A stretch of DNA of 63,720 nt, counting the filler, from Psammoneis japonica (Eukaryota): assembly GCA_008632985.1 (NCBI GenBank). It is 3 parts of 3 records of this genome, joined end to end, with 100 filler letters (N's around TTAATTAATTAA, not from the genome) between each part and the next. Parts side by side here need not be neighbours in the genome. Positions count along the whole stretch, not along the records: positions 22,321 to 44,110 come from QPGO01000440.1; positions 44,211 to 63,720 come from QPGO01000458.1; 1 more part is not named here. One strand, written 5' to 3'. The notes beneath the pieces were generated by a model, which saw nothing but the letters and a program-made list of their open reading frames with translations, was not told the origin of the DNA and searched no databases. The position numbers were made by a program, and so were the translations under genes. This document shows, piece after piece, positions 36,870 to 49,700 of this stretch (positions are counted from its first letter, which is position 1; every line of letters begins with the position of its first letter).

Positions 36870-38383
36870 ATGAAGCGTTTTAGTTGGTGCATCTTACTTG
36901 CGATCCTTGTGAATACCAAAGGAAGGATTCCTATCTATGTGAAGGGGCAAGCACAGTCCGAGTCTAGTAGGAAGGAGGTACGTGTAACATATAAACGAGG
37001 ATGAGACTCGCTCAGTGGAAGATCGTTTCTAAGCTAATACCTACTGTTTTTGGGTTCCCCCAGGATAGCAACTTTTTTCGACGTGATTTATTGGAAAACT
37101 GTGTCGATGATCCGCCAGGCTTCTATGATGCCGGAGGACGTCTTTTCGACTGTGCTTGGTATGCGGAGGGAAACCGATGCAGCTACTTTGGGCATTTGAA
37201 CGAAAATAACGGACGTACCGCGAATGACGCATGCTGTGTGTGCAACGGTGGGATCACCAAGACTTCACTGCCGACTTTGTCACCAATCCAGTCTCAAACG
37301 CTCGAGCCTACCATGCATCCTACATTTCCACCAACGCTACCTTCGCCGTTCTACCTTCCGACACTGTATCCCACCGCAGGGCCAACCAAACCCGACATTA
37401 CACAAAGTCCGTCAACGAAACCTGCTGATTTTACCTCATCGCCTTCCACCCAACCGTCACAACAACAAGGCCAAAACAAGACTATTATTAGCTTCTTTGG
37501 GCTAGCCGATAGTCCCTACAGCGTGGACGAGCGGTTCTGCTTGAACATGGCATTGCGTGATCTCGATCTTGCCGCTGCTGACGCCTCCCATGTTATTCAC
37601 CTTGGTGACATTAAGAACCGGCAGTCGGCATGCAATGAAGAAGCTTACAATGATATTGCAGAAATATTTATACACCCTTCCAACGCAATCAACTACGACC
37701 CTCGTGATTGCTTCTTTGTGCCGGGAGACAACGAATGGCATGATTGTACAAACGCTTCCGAAGCTTGGGATCGTTGGACAAGGAACTTTGGTATCAACAA
37801 CCCGTATGGTTTTGGCACTCTTTCAGATGGTGAAACAGTCGTCACACGTCAGACGGGTGTGTTACGAGAGCCAGGTGTAGATCGCAGCGAGAACTTTGCC
37901 TTTTTCAAAAACCAAGTTCTTTTCATAGGGCTAAACATGGTCGGCTCCAAAGAACTGATCGGCGATGAGTCAATTCGACTGGCTCAAAATTTTGAATTTG
38001 TAAGAGATCAGCTTGAGGTGTACTCCAACGGAACCTTTGGAATGAAAGCGGCTGTTGTGTTTGGTCATGCAAGTATCGGAAACTTCCGTGCCCAGTATTA
38101 CGGCCAACCCTTCAAGACGTTGTTGAGACAAAAGTATCGAAATCTTTCAGTATTACATCTACATGGAGACGGACACGTATATAACAAGGGTAATCCTGAT
38201 CCGCATAACCTCAACTTGGTGCAAGTTCAGCTCGATTCTGGGAGAAAGGCTCCTCCGGTGTTGGTTTCAGTGATTGAAAAACGTGATGGGAGCCACGAGT
38301 TTCAGATAGATAGGAGGCAAGGTCGATTTGATGGCTTCTGTCCAATGGGAGACAAGGAGAAAACTTGGCTCGCTCCTATGTAG
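36870..38383 (+). CDS. Secreted calcineurin-like metallophosphoesterase with a Cys-rich module and Pro/Thr/Ser stalk
   Basis: Signal-like MKRFSWCILLAILVN; intron 36978-37063; CAWY..C...TANDACCVCNGG module; PT repeats; GLADSPY, HLGDIK, VPGDNEW, VFGH and HLHGDGH metal-binding motifs. Confidence 0.85.
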
Positions 38384-38648
38384 GTGCCCCCAAGCGTAAT
38401 CAAGGACCTCGGTCATCTCGGGCAGATAGGTATCTCGTCGTGGACGAGTTTGTTTGGCCTAGTGCAACCGGTATTTTTTAAAATTGAAAATTTGACGTCG
38501 GGCGTTGAGAGCATACAACAAATCCAAAAGGATGTAATAATACATTGACTGCATTATGAAATATTACATATATGTTCATTCTAAAGAACATTAGTTGCCG
38601 ACCGTTGAGATAGCACAGAAATCAATCAGACGTCCAAAAGGCCACAAA

Positions 38649-39911
38649 ATGAAAAAATCAGTGATTTCAAACATGGGAGGATTAGTCTCTTCGCTCCTGA
38701 ATGAAACTACTCCCGAACCAACAATAAGCCCTACATTTTCGCCGACGCTACCTTCGCCGTCCTACCTTCCGACAACATATCCTACCGATTCTTCATCTCA
38801 TCAACCTACTTCGGCACCGACCCTGTCCCAAACGTTCGAGCCCTCGATATATCCTACATTTTCGCCAACGCTACCTTCGCCGTCCTATCTGCCGACAACA
38901 TATCCTACCGGTTCTCCACCTACGCCCAAGATCACACAAAGTCCATCGATAAAACCTGATTTCACCTCATTTCCTTCGATCCAACCATCACAGCAAGGTC
39001 CAAATAGGACAATAATCAGTTTCTTTGGACTGGCTGATACTCCATATAGTGTCAATGAGAGGTATTGCCTCAACATGGCATTACGAAACCTAGATGCTAG
39101 CTCGGAAACATCCTTCATTGTTCATTTGGGTGACATAAAGACCGGGCAATCGGTGTGTGACGAAGAAGCTTACAACGACATTGCAGAAATATTCACACAC
39201 CCCTCCAATGCGATAAATTACGACCCTCGCGATTGCTTCTTCGTGCCGGGAGATAACGAATGGCATGATTGTGGCAAACGCTTCCGAAGCTTGGGATCGT
39301 TGGACAAGGAACTTTGGTATCAACAATTCATATGGTTTTGGCTCTCTTTCTGATGGTGAAACCGTCGTCACACGTCAGATGGATGTGGTCCGAGAGCCAG
39401 GTGTAGATCGCAGCGAGAACTTTGCCTTTTTCAAAAACCAAGTTCTTTTCATAGGGCTTAACATGGTGGGCTCCCGAAATCTGATCGGTGATGAGTCGAT
39501 TCGCTTGAATCAAAACTTTGAATTCGTGAGAGATCAGCTTGAGGTGTACTTCAATGCAACTTCTGGAATAAAGCGGCTGTTGTGTTTGGTCATGCAAGTA
39601 TCGGCAGCTTCCGTGATGAGCATTACGGGCAACCTTTCAAGACGTTGCTGAAGCAAAAGTATCCAAATCTTCCGATGTTGCATCTACATGGTGATGGACA
39701 CGTTTACAATGAGAAAAATCCTGATCGACGCAACCTCAACTTGGTGCAAGTTCAACTCGATTCTGGGAGAAGGGCACCTCCGGTGTTGGTTTCAGTGCTT
39801 CGAAACAATGATGGGAGCCACAAATTCTCCATTGATAGGAGAGAAGGTGAATACGAAAGCTTCTGTCCGATGGGAGACAAGGAGAAAACTTGGCAGTCGC
39901 CAAGTATGTAG
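38649..39911 (+). CDS. Tandem paralog of the metallophosphoesterase (two 1-bp frameshifts; pseudogene or sequencing error)
   Basis: Same motifs (GLADTPY, HLGDIK, PGDNEW, HGDGH). Long near-identical stretches with the first copy. Indels near 39272 and 39570. Lacks the Cys-rich module. Confidence 0.75.
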
Positions 39912-40085
39912 CTTCCAACCTGTTCAAACGGAAATGCGCGCGTCAACTACCCTTTATTCGTACGACTGCATTTTAACTATATAATATCCATTTTCTCAAA
40001 AGTAGCGCGTTGTGGATTACCAGAGACTGCCGTTGGATGTACTTACGTATTTAAACCATCTTTTGTTTGCTTTTTGTGTGTCTAG

Positions 40086-41082
40086 CTCGAGTCAGCTCCA
40101 AGATAGATCCGTCTCTCTACCAATGGATCTGGCGTCAAATTCGAGACAAGGAGAATCTGAGTGAAGAACAGCGTCGAGAACTGGAAGAGCTGGTTGGTGA
40201 TTTGGATGACTACTCGGGAGAGTACAAGTCTTTTGAAGATCGACTCGATGACATCCGCGCACACAAGGAAGAGCACGGTGACGGTGAGTCGAGCCTGCTT
40301 TCGTGTCTTGAATCCATTGTTTGCAATCTAAAATCCCTTTCTTTTGCTTGTTGTGAGTCTAGCTACAGTCAACCAGACAAACGATCCGTCTCTCTACATG
40401 TGGATCTACAGACAATACAAGAACAAGGAGAATCTAAGCGAAGTGAAGCGTCAAAAGTTAGAAGAGCTAATTGGTGACTTGGACGACTTCTTGAGAAAGC
40501 ACAAGTCACGCAAGTCTTCTGCTCAATTTCCTCTACGTCCGCTACCAGATCATCCTCAGCTGTCTCATCGAATGGTTGGAGCCCACCCGGGCTTGCCTCA
40601 AATTTCCTCTACGTCCGCCACCAGATCATCCTCAGCTGTCTCATCAAATGATTGGAGCCCAGAGTCACGACCAGATCACACCACCACCCTGCCATCCTCT
40701 GCCTCCACCACCACCCTGTGGATATCACCACCATGTTCCACCCCCACCACCACCACTTTGCGATTTGCCAAAATCCCTTTCCTTTCACAAAATTTGCTCC
40801 ACGTGCGGCAAAACACGTGGCGAGCATGGGGAACTGGGTTTTGGCAGCAAGTGCGTCTTTCAAGATTGCGGCAAGTGCGGTGCGGGCGTTCAAATGCATG
40901 TGAGGACAAAAGTGCCCATGGGATTCTTTTGCACTCTGACCGTGGAGCAGGGAGCGACACCCGGAGCGGCCCAAGCCTGTCAGCGCAAGATTCAAAATTT
41001 GGCTGTCCGAGCTCAAGTGCAACAACGATTGAATCATGCGAATGCTTCATCCATTCCACCATTGCGCCTTGTCAAGGTGTGA
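40086..41082 (+). pseudogene. Helicase-associated (HA) repeat protein with a C-terminal Cys/His-rich zinc-binding-like motif; 5' end not evident, 3' half decayed
   Basis: Two units DPSLYxWIxRQ....LSExxRxxLEEL plus FEDRLDDIRAHKEEHGD (HA-like). Intron 40284-40362. Then CSTCGKTRGEHGELGFGSKCVFQDCGKCG after a frameshift at an internal ~64-bp duplication (40522-40661). Confidence 0.55.
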
Positions 41083-41765
41083 CATTGCATGCTACACAAA
41101 TTGCACCAAGGATGCTGTTTCATGCACAGTTGCATTTTACAATGCATGAACGGAGGGAAGAAGAGGGGGGGATCAGATTTTTGAGACCAAGCAAATTCAA
41201 ATTTTGTGGTCAAATGTTTTATACATGGGCACATACAAAATTATCACTGAATGCAAGTTGTTTGTGCATGAAAATCCCCAATGGATTCAATCATCTCACT
41301 GTTGCAAACATTGAGCTAAAATGTTCACATGAACCCCAATGAATGGAGGATGCATGTGAGATGGTGGACTCAGGGTAAAACATTTTTGGAAATTTCCATG
41401 CCTCAAAAAAAGAGGTGACGTACGACGACTGTGGATGCTGTTCAAGAACAGTGTGATGTGAGGAGGTGTGCCTCCCACTTGCTGATGCTGATGTGGTCAG
41501 AAGCGATGAGACTGAGGAAGGAAGAGACTCCTCGAAATCACGAACCGTTGAATTTCAAATTTTGATTTATATTTGTACGGAACGCTGAAGAAAGATATTA
41601 CACGTACACTCGTTGTAGCATTCCACGTACTTTTGTGTCGTCACTTTTTGCGCCTGCCGTTGAGACATTTTCAACGCTCTGTGTGCGGTGAGTTCACTAC
41701 CATAGTCCCTAAAAAGGGCTTTCCAAGTTTATGTGCTAATTATAAGCTAACCAAACTAGGAGAAG

Positions 41766-43596
41766 ATGGAGGAGTGCGATAGGATGCTTGCACACGTGAG
41801 CGACGCAAATGGCAACGAAGCGGTCAAGACGGATACCCAACGATTGCATCACATGTCCGAGCTTGAAGAGATTAACGAGGACCTCAAGAAGGAAAACAAA
41901 CAGTTGCGGGCGCAATTGCTGGAGCAAGATGAGATTATGACAAGAGAGTTTCGCCGCCGTTTGGAAGATTCTGGAATTCACATCCGTAGTCGAGTTGGGA
42001 GCACTGCTCCGCCACAAGAGTGCTTTCAAAAGCATGGAATCTTACCTTCCCCTGAAGGAGACGTGAATCATGGACAAGAAAAGCATGACGACTACAAGTC
42101 TCAGTATGAAGAGGCTCAAGAAGAGCTTTGTAAAGCGCTGACACAAACAGCAACGCTGCAGGAGCAATATCAGCAAGCAAAGGGCAGCCTCCTAAAACTG
42201 GAAAAGATCGTCGAAGCCAACCAATCTGAAATCGAGGGTTTGCAACAAGAGCTCTGTAACGTATCGGATGAGAAAGAGAGCGCTGAAATCATGTTTCGGG
42301 TGGAAAAGAAGAAGACGATTGACTTAACATCTCGAGTAGCCACTGCCGAGGATGAGGTGAGGACCATGGCGGAAGAACGTGAAGTCGAGATTCAAGCTGA
42401 AAGAGACAAGAATTATGAATTGATGAGCCAAATCTCATCGATAGTACAAGAGACAGACATGGAGCAGCTAGAAAAAGATCTAGCGGAGGCTAACAGCAAG
42501 CTTGACTCCTGTCGTGAAGAGCTCGTTGATAAAATTGACCTGATTGCGCAGCTAGAAGAACAGGCGGAAAATTCATTCCCCAAGTCAGATGAGTCTGAGA
42601 TGCTTCGAAAAGTTGAGGATGAAAACGTCAGCTAAGAAAAGATATTCAGTCTCTTCGTGATATCTTGAGCCGTCCGGAACATTCCACAAAGAATGCTTTG
42701 ACTGAGCTCAAGTTGGAGCTGGCAAGAAGCAATCAAGAGTCCTCTGACCTGAGACGTCATAACATTGTGTTGTTAAACAGAGAGCGTGATCAGATGAGAT
42801 TGCTAAAGGAGATGGAGGACGAAAAGAAAGGCCTATTGAATGACTTGAATTCGGTAAAGGGGCAAGTTTACTACGACGAGGCATCCGCTAACGACACAAA
42901 TAGCTTGACAAGCAGGCACACCATGTCCAGTATCTTGGAGTCCATAGCTGATGAAGACTCGTATTTAAGCAGTGAATACTTGAATGCAAACCGAGACCAT
43001 GTATCAGACGCATCCATTAGCCCAAGGAGCATTACAAAGAGGCCATATTCTAGCGAGACCTCAATGACCAACGAGACAAACAGCTTCACGTCGTCACTCC
43101 CCAACGACCGCGAAGTCTTCAGTCCCACAGAATCTTCCATTAGTTTCGATATGGATTCAATTGATTATGCCGCTGGTGAAGCTGCCCTGTGCCAAGATAC
43201 GCCAAGTACAACCACGTCATGCTTGGAAGGTAACCAGAACTATGATATCATTGAGGAGTCAGATGATGACACAGCAGTAGTGCCAAGGATGAAAAATCAA
43301 ATGAGACAGATGAAACTGCTCATATGGATGACGGTGCTGGTGGTGCAGTGGCAGAACTCTTGCAGCTGCCGTCTCTGCAAGACAGTGTGGAGGAGGAAAC
43401 TAGCGCAACCGATACAAGTGAACCCACGAATGAAACAGTCAACTTGGGTGTCTGGCTAACGAACTCCATGGCCCAGTTCAACAGCCCCAAAGTTGATCCC
43501 AAGACCTCGAAAAGTTTAGCTACAAAGAGTACCTTTACAGGAACGAGCAGCGAGGATTCTGAACATGACAGATCAGCAAAAGTGCTCTTCTTGTAG
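41766..43596 (+). CDS. Coiled-coil protein of unknown function (two apparent frameshifts)
   Basis: Consecutive ORFs 41766-42635, 42665-43459, 43324-43596 with heptad E/K/Q/L-rich sequence followed by a Ser/acidic region. Normal composition. Confidence 0.6.
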
Positions 43597-43759
43597 TGTT
43601 TCGATTGTGTCTCCCGTTTAGTAAGCGCTGCAGAGCGATCACCCGATTTGTAGTCCAGGTGTACTTCCCATCCTCTAGAGGGTAGTATTTTGCTCTAGAT
43701 GGGGTCGGTTCGTTTGCGCGTTAAGAACCAAGGCAGTCGTACTTGTAATCGCAACTCCT

Positions 43760-43865
43760 AACTAGAAGTAGAGAGTAGAGACTCTCTTTTCTCTCTACTA
43801 GTAGAGCTACTCTAGAGACTTATCTCTACTCTAGCTAGAGAGTAGAGTACTCTTTGTAGTGAGGT
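43760..43865. repeat. TAG/CTA/AGAG low-complexity tract
   Basis: actagaagtagagagtagagactctc...ctctctactagtagagctactctagagacttatctctactctagctagagagtagagtac. Confidence 0.8.
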
Positions 43866-44110
43866 ACGGTAGGTAAGGTCGGTCGGTCACGGGTCGATGG
43901 TGAGAAGTACAAACACCTAACCACTATAAAGATCCAACGTCAACGTCAACGGTACCACTAAGGTTAACCTATTCACACCTGAAGGAAATATTTAATAGAT
44001 TTACTATCGCCAAGTTTTACCGTTGAATGTGATCTAGGTATAACCATTAATAAGATATATATCGAACTACTTAGCTAATTTTCCATACTTTAGCGTTGAG
44101 ACACGAATGA

Positions 44111-44210
44111 NNNNNNNNNNNNNNNNNNNNNNNNNNNNNNNNNNNNNNNNNNNNTTAATTAATTAANNNNNNNNNNNNNNNNNNNNNNNNNNNNNNNNNN
44201 NNNNNNNNNN
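44111..44210. other. Artificial 100-nt contig spacer
   Basis: N44-TTAATTAATTAA-N44, as at 22221. Confidence 0.95.
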
Positions 44211-47200
44211 AGAATGCACTCATGAAAAGAGCACAAAATGGCAGCTGTGATGAATGTCCATCTGTCCCCTCATTTCCAGCAACACTGACAGAAGACAGTC
44301 TTGAATTTTGTTCAGGCCAAAATGCATCCAAACAACATGAAAAAGAACACAGTGATTGGGGCTCATTGGGCACATCCTTTGGGTCTGCAAGGGTGGCCAG
44401 GCCTCATGCAAGAGATGAGCATGATCCCAGAAGCCATTCTTCCCACTGCTGCTTTGTGGAGAACAAGCCACAAATTGCACAACACACCAGAAAGAGCAGA
44501 GTCAGTTTCAACAGCATCATCAATCAAAGCAAGTCAGCCCATTGTTTGGCCTGCCACCAAAATTGTCAACACATGCAGGTGTCGAGCTCAAAATGCCCAA
44601 CTCCAACAAGAATGCAGCCTTTGAGCACTGCAGAAAAGGGGAGCTGTGGCACAGACAAAAGAGCTGATGATCTTTGCACACACTTCTTTCCAACTGGCAA
44701 CCCCCCATTGATGCACTTTGCTCTGCCACAGAGAAAAAAGCTTTCCAAACATTTCAAACATTTGCTGCAGGAGTGGGGAGCTTCTGTGACACAGTGCAGC
44801 ACAGCATTCTTTGAACTGTCAAAACAATCTCAGCCTTGTGGGCCTCTTCAACAAGCTGCTGATTTTCTGTGCCTTCCTCATGTGTGGCAGAGAACTGCTG
44901 TTTCACCACACAATCAAAGCCGGCCAACTCATGTTGCTCCTCATGCCAGAGCTGCAAAACATTGTCAACCAAGGTTGTGAGTGAGCTGAAGGATGGAAAA
45001 CTTCCAAACTCCATGACCTTGTTTTTCTTTCACACTGGTCTTGATTGCTGTGCATGCAACAAAAAACAATGTTGGTGCTGCGAGACCATGGAGGCAAGCC
45101 TGGTTTGAAATTTTGAGCAAGCTTCCAAGCAGAGCTTGCCAGGTGTTGCATGGAGAGCAACAGTTTGTGCATTGGAGCACAATCATGCTGCTGTTGCAGA
45201 AAGTTTGGAGGTGAGATGAGTTGGGGATGTACTTGCCAATGTTGTCTTTTTGACTGTTCCCCACTGAGCCACCACAACAGCAACCTTTTGTGTTTTGACT
45301 TCATTTCTGCTGTCTCCATCTTTTGCGTGTGTGAGGTTGACAGCTGGGCACAGCACACATCTCCTGCTGCTCATGGGCATTGTTTGGAGCACCTGTGTCA
45401 ACTTCTGATGAATTCTGTGCATCGCTTGTGATTGCTGCTGCCAGCAAATTTCTGTCCTCCCAATCTGTGAGCAGTGCCCAAGACTCAAAGAACACAATTG
45501 TTCCTTCAAGAAGGCATGAAGGCATCATCCATTGAAATGGCAAAGATGTCTTGAAGATTGCAAGGAGCTGGCCAACATCAGAAGGTGTGATGGTCTTTCT
45601 CTGCAGGAATGAGCAGCACGATGATGCTGCCTCTCTTTGACCTTGTCATGTGAAAAAAATGCACCCAACCCCATTTTCCTCTTGAAGATGGCCATCAGCT
45701 GCTGGTGTCTTCAGCAGGTCATGGCATCATCCAAACAAGCCACTGTGCACAAAGAACCTCTCACTCTGACAATTTGACAACCCAAGGAGCATGTTCTTTC
45801 AAGACACAGATCCCAGCTCCACCACAATTTTCTGAAATTAAGGTGCGACAACTGATCTTGATGCAAGAGATGCAGGAGCTGTGCCAGGAAAACCATGTTG
45901 CAATGTGAGCCCTTTTTGGCATGGCTGCCAATGAAAGTCCAAGGGGTTTGAGCAGAAGTGGGCAACACAGCATCATTGACAAACTGCTGCACAACCCCAA
46001 AGTTGAGTTTGCTGGTGCTTGTTGCTTCTTGTGTAGAATGTGTTGCCATTTTTTGCTTGGACCTGCCAGTCTTGAAAGATCATGGCTCATCAATGTGTCA
46101 CCCAGAAGTTCAAAAGAGAAAATGAGTCAGCCAGGAGTCCACTGCAAATGACCCAAATTTCAGAGTGAGGGTTTTGGCTGGGTTTGTTGGTGTTGCCACC
46201 CTTGTTTGACATTTCCATGTGCTTGACTTGGTGCTTGAGAGCATGGCAAACTTTGGTCATCACGCAGCCACAGGAGCTCACTCTGTGCAGCATGCACTTT
46301 TGGCAGCCTTCTTTTTTGACTCATGATCAGTGACTCAGTGTTGTCTGTTCTGCAGCTCTGTTTGTGTGGAGCTTCACAGAGTGTTTGGTCCAGGATGCCC
46401 CCCCTCAAACTGCTGCTGCTCAACTCACTCACAGAATGAAACAAATTTGTTTGTGGGGTGTGAGCCAATGTGTTGAAGTCCTGCAGAGTGATGTGGCACT
46501 GCCAATGCGCATGTTTGGTGCTTGGCACTTGAGCACGTTGACCATCTCATCAGCCAGCAATGGCAGCAGAATTGCTGAGCTGTTGTCCATCACATGTGTG
46601 GAAACTGGCCAGCACAACTTTTGAACTCAAAACCTCTTGTTCCATGCTTGCAAATCTTGACATCAGCTGGCTTGCATGTGAAATGTCACAGACAATGATT
46701 CAAAGATGCTCTGCATCACTTTTGTCATGCAGCTCTCCAATGACAAGCTCTTCTTTGTCATGCCACACTCTTCAGCAGAAGTGCTCTCAGATGCCATCAG
46801 AACACATGCACAAGCAAAAACTCAGCTGGGCCAGGGTGCTGTTTTGGCCTGAGAACATGAACTCAGAGCAGCACTGGAAGTTCATCTGCTCCTTGAAGAA
46901 CTGTCCAGGTCTGCCAGATTGTTGCAGAGCTTGTGCACTCAGCAGGCACTCACCCTTTTCTGCAGATCCCTCTTTTTGCTGGACAACTTCTTCATGGTCA
47001 GTTCTGTGGCATCAGTCTGGCTGACATGCTGCAGCTCTTCAACATCACAGATTTGCAACCTCGCACACCATCATGTGATGGCAACATTTCTTGCTGCGCC
47101 CCATGCCCCAACAGGTGTCAAAATTGAGATGGGCAAAACAAAAGCATTTGTGCAAAGCTCACAAGCCCACTTTGTCCCAAAGTGAGATCTCACAAACAGA

Positions 47201-49700
47201 TGCCAAGTTCCCACTTGTTTGCATTTTAGATCATGTCAAAATTGCAGCTGTTTGCATTTTGTGTTGTGCCCCATGAGCCATGGTCACATGTGTGCTCCAG
47301 ACATCCTTCTAGATTTGCCTTAGTTGGGAGCCACACCCTCCTTGGATGGTGCTTCACAGGCACACCTGAGCAGTGCTGCACTGCTGCACACAAGGGGCAG
47401 CTGCATGGTGTTGCCATGCCGGCCTGTGGGTGCATGCTGTGTGATTGCATTTTTCCTCATTTTTGTGAGAAGAGTGATGGACTCTGTCAACTGGCTGGGA
47501 GCAAGCACTGTCTGCAAATCTACACAGGCTGATGGCCAGCAGACAGGCTGATGGCTTTTGCACTGCTCTGGCTTTTTTCATGACCACATGGACATTTGAA
47601 ACACAGCTTGGTTGCATTGGCTGAACAAAAAAACCCAAACCTGTCATGTGACCCTTCAACCACCAGGGGGAGCAAATCTCCACGGGTGGACATTTGCTCT
47701 GCTTGAGGATTCGTGATGTGTCGTGCACATTTACAATGATGCAATGAGCACATTGTAAAAATGTCACATGGTGCACAATCTGCGTAAAGTGCACCTTGTG
47801 CATTTGCTCGTTGGGAGCAAACATCCACCGGTGGAGATTTGCTCCAAGGGTGTGGTGTCATTGCTCCATTGTTTGTGACAGCAATTCATGACAACCTGCA
47901 TGGTTAAAGGTTGAGATTTAGTTCCTCTCTGTTCATGGATCAAGCTTGCAAAAACCCTGTGGCAAAAGTCGACATTGAACTTTCTAAATTGCAAAAATGG
48001 GTTCCCCCAGATTTTCATTGAGTGCAAGTTCCAAAACAAAATCGTGCAAATGAAATGTTGTTCATGTCTGAAATTGCTTCATTTGCCATGTTTGTGATGC
48101 AAGCAAGCAAATCTCCACCCATGGAGATTTGCTCAAGTCTGGTGGTTGAAGGGTTGAAGTGCTGTCACACCTTTGCCCAGCAAACACCGGGGCATCTCCT
48201 TGGAGATGCCTCGGCAGTGTCATGGTGTCTTCCATCCTGCCAGACAATGAGGGCTTCCTTTGGCTGGCCTTGTTTCTGCTCGTCTCATCCATCCTTCAAC
48301 CCATTTTGCTGCTGCACTTGCGCAGCCACTCTTGGTCCAGCCAAGGAGGTCCTCTCCTTGCTGGGCTTGGAGTCTTGGCTGCAATCCAGTGCACCCTGCA
48401 AGGGGTGTGGCAGAAGTTGTTGCAACTGGCTGGCTGTGGTGCCTCTGGATGGAGACTCCCAATGGAAATGGTCAAAACACAGAACACAACACTCAGAGTT
48501 TTCTGCAGTCTTGCTGGTGACACACATGTTGGTTGTGCCACAACCACAGAGGACAGTTGCATTTGGGAAAAAAATCAATGGGAGCCACAAAGGAAGCCAA
48601 AAGGGATTCTGGAATTTGCTTGAGTGACAGATGCCAACTGGCACAATGAGGCATCTCATTTGCACACCTTGAGGAACTGCAGCAAGAACAGCAAGATCAC
48701 CACTCAAAGCAGCAAGCTTGGTTGGCCAGCAGATGGAAGCAAGGTGGCACAGGACTTGCAGGTGTGAAACAAGAAGCCATGTGGATGGACTTTGTCAGTG
48801 GTCTGAAAAACATTTGTCTCGTGTGGAAACCACCATGCCGGATCCTGCGTGGACACACTGACATGTGCTGCAAAAGGATGGTCATTGCTCAGTGCCAAAG
48901 GAAGACTCACTTTGATGCTCATCAGCACTGCAACAGAGGAGGCACTTTCACAAAATGGAGTGAAGCACTTGATTGGCGGATGGAGATGAAGAAGGTTGTT
49001 GAGGACCAATGGGGGTTGCATGCAAGCAGTTTGGAGCATTGACGCAACAGTCGTCGGCGGGGTTGTTGCTGTCATGCACAGAATTTACACTGGAATCCAT
49101 GCAGAAAATTTCTTGAGTCTGCAGAAAATTGTGAAAAAATTTCAATGAGCATGTGAACCAGTTATTTTCCACTTAGAAGTGCTGCTTGATGTGCTCAAGT
49201 GAGGGTGTGCCGCTGGTTGAAATGGCCAGAATGGCCTTGAGAGACCCAGCGAAATGCCGTCTGAGAAGAAGGGCAACATCAGTGCGGGAGCACACACACA
49301 GAAACACACACAGGTGTTGTTGGTGGGTGGCTGTGACAGATTTGTGCATTGGCTGAACAAGAAGACTGAGCCATGAAAAATGGATTGAGGAAACCACCCT
49401 GACTGGCAAAAAAGCTTTTGTCGTCAAAATGTGTTGCTGAGGCATTTAAACAGGAATTTTTATGGCGTCCATTTTTGAATGCAAAAATCACTCACATTCA
49501 CACTGATTGCACACAAAAACGAGAACATGAAGCACCGTGATCAAAGCACGATGATGACGGCAATGTCGACATTCCTCCAAAATGCAGTGGTCCGTTCTCG
49601 AACATTTGGTGTGTGTGTGTGTGTGACCTTTGACACACAACAAACATGAAATGAATGAGAGTTGGCAGATGGACCACCTCCGTCACAGACTCACATGGAT
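44211..49700. mobile_element. Heavily degenerate repeat region depleted in TpA and CpG (nested transposon relics)
   Basis: Near absence of TA and CG over ~5 kb; dense spurious Cys/His-rich ORFs; contains a TIR element at 47652-48153. Confidence 0.6.
47652..48153. mobile_element. piggyBac-like non-autonomous TIR element (MITE relic), ~500 bp
   Basis: Left end cccttcaaccaccag, right end ctggtggttgaaggg (exact reverse complements). Flanks GTGA and TTGA, consistent with decayed TTAA target sites. Three copies of a ~30-bp palindrome gagcaaatctccac-nn-gtggagatttgctc at ~47670, ~47815 and ~48105. Confidence 0.7.

Noticed and set aside
45711..45760. TVACLDD as a decayed reverse-transcriptase YxDD motif
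   Set aside because: No other RT motif could be read upstream or downstream in any frame; too weak to call a retroelement.
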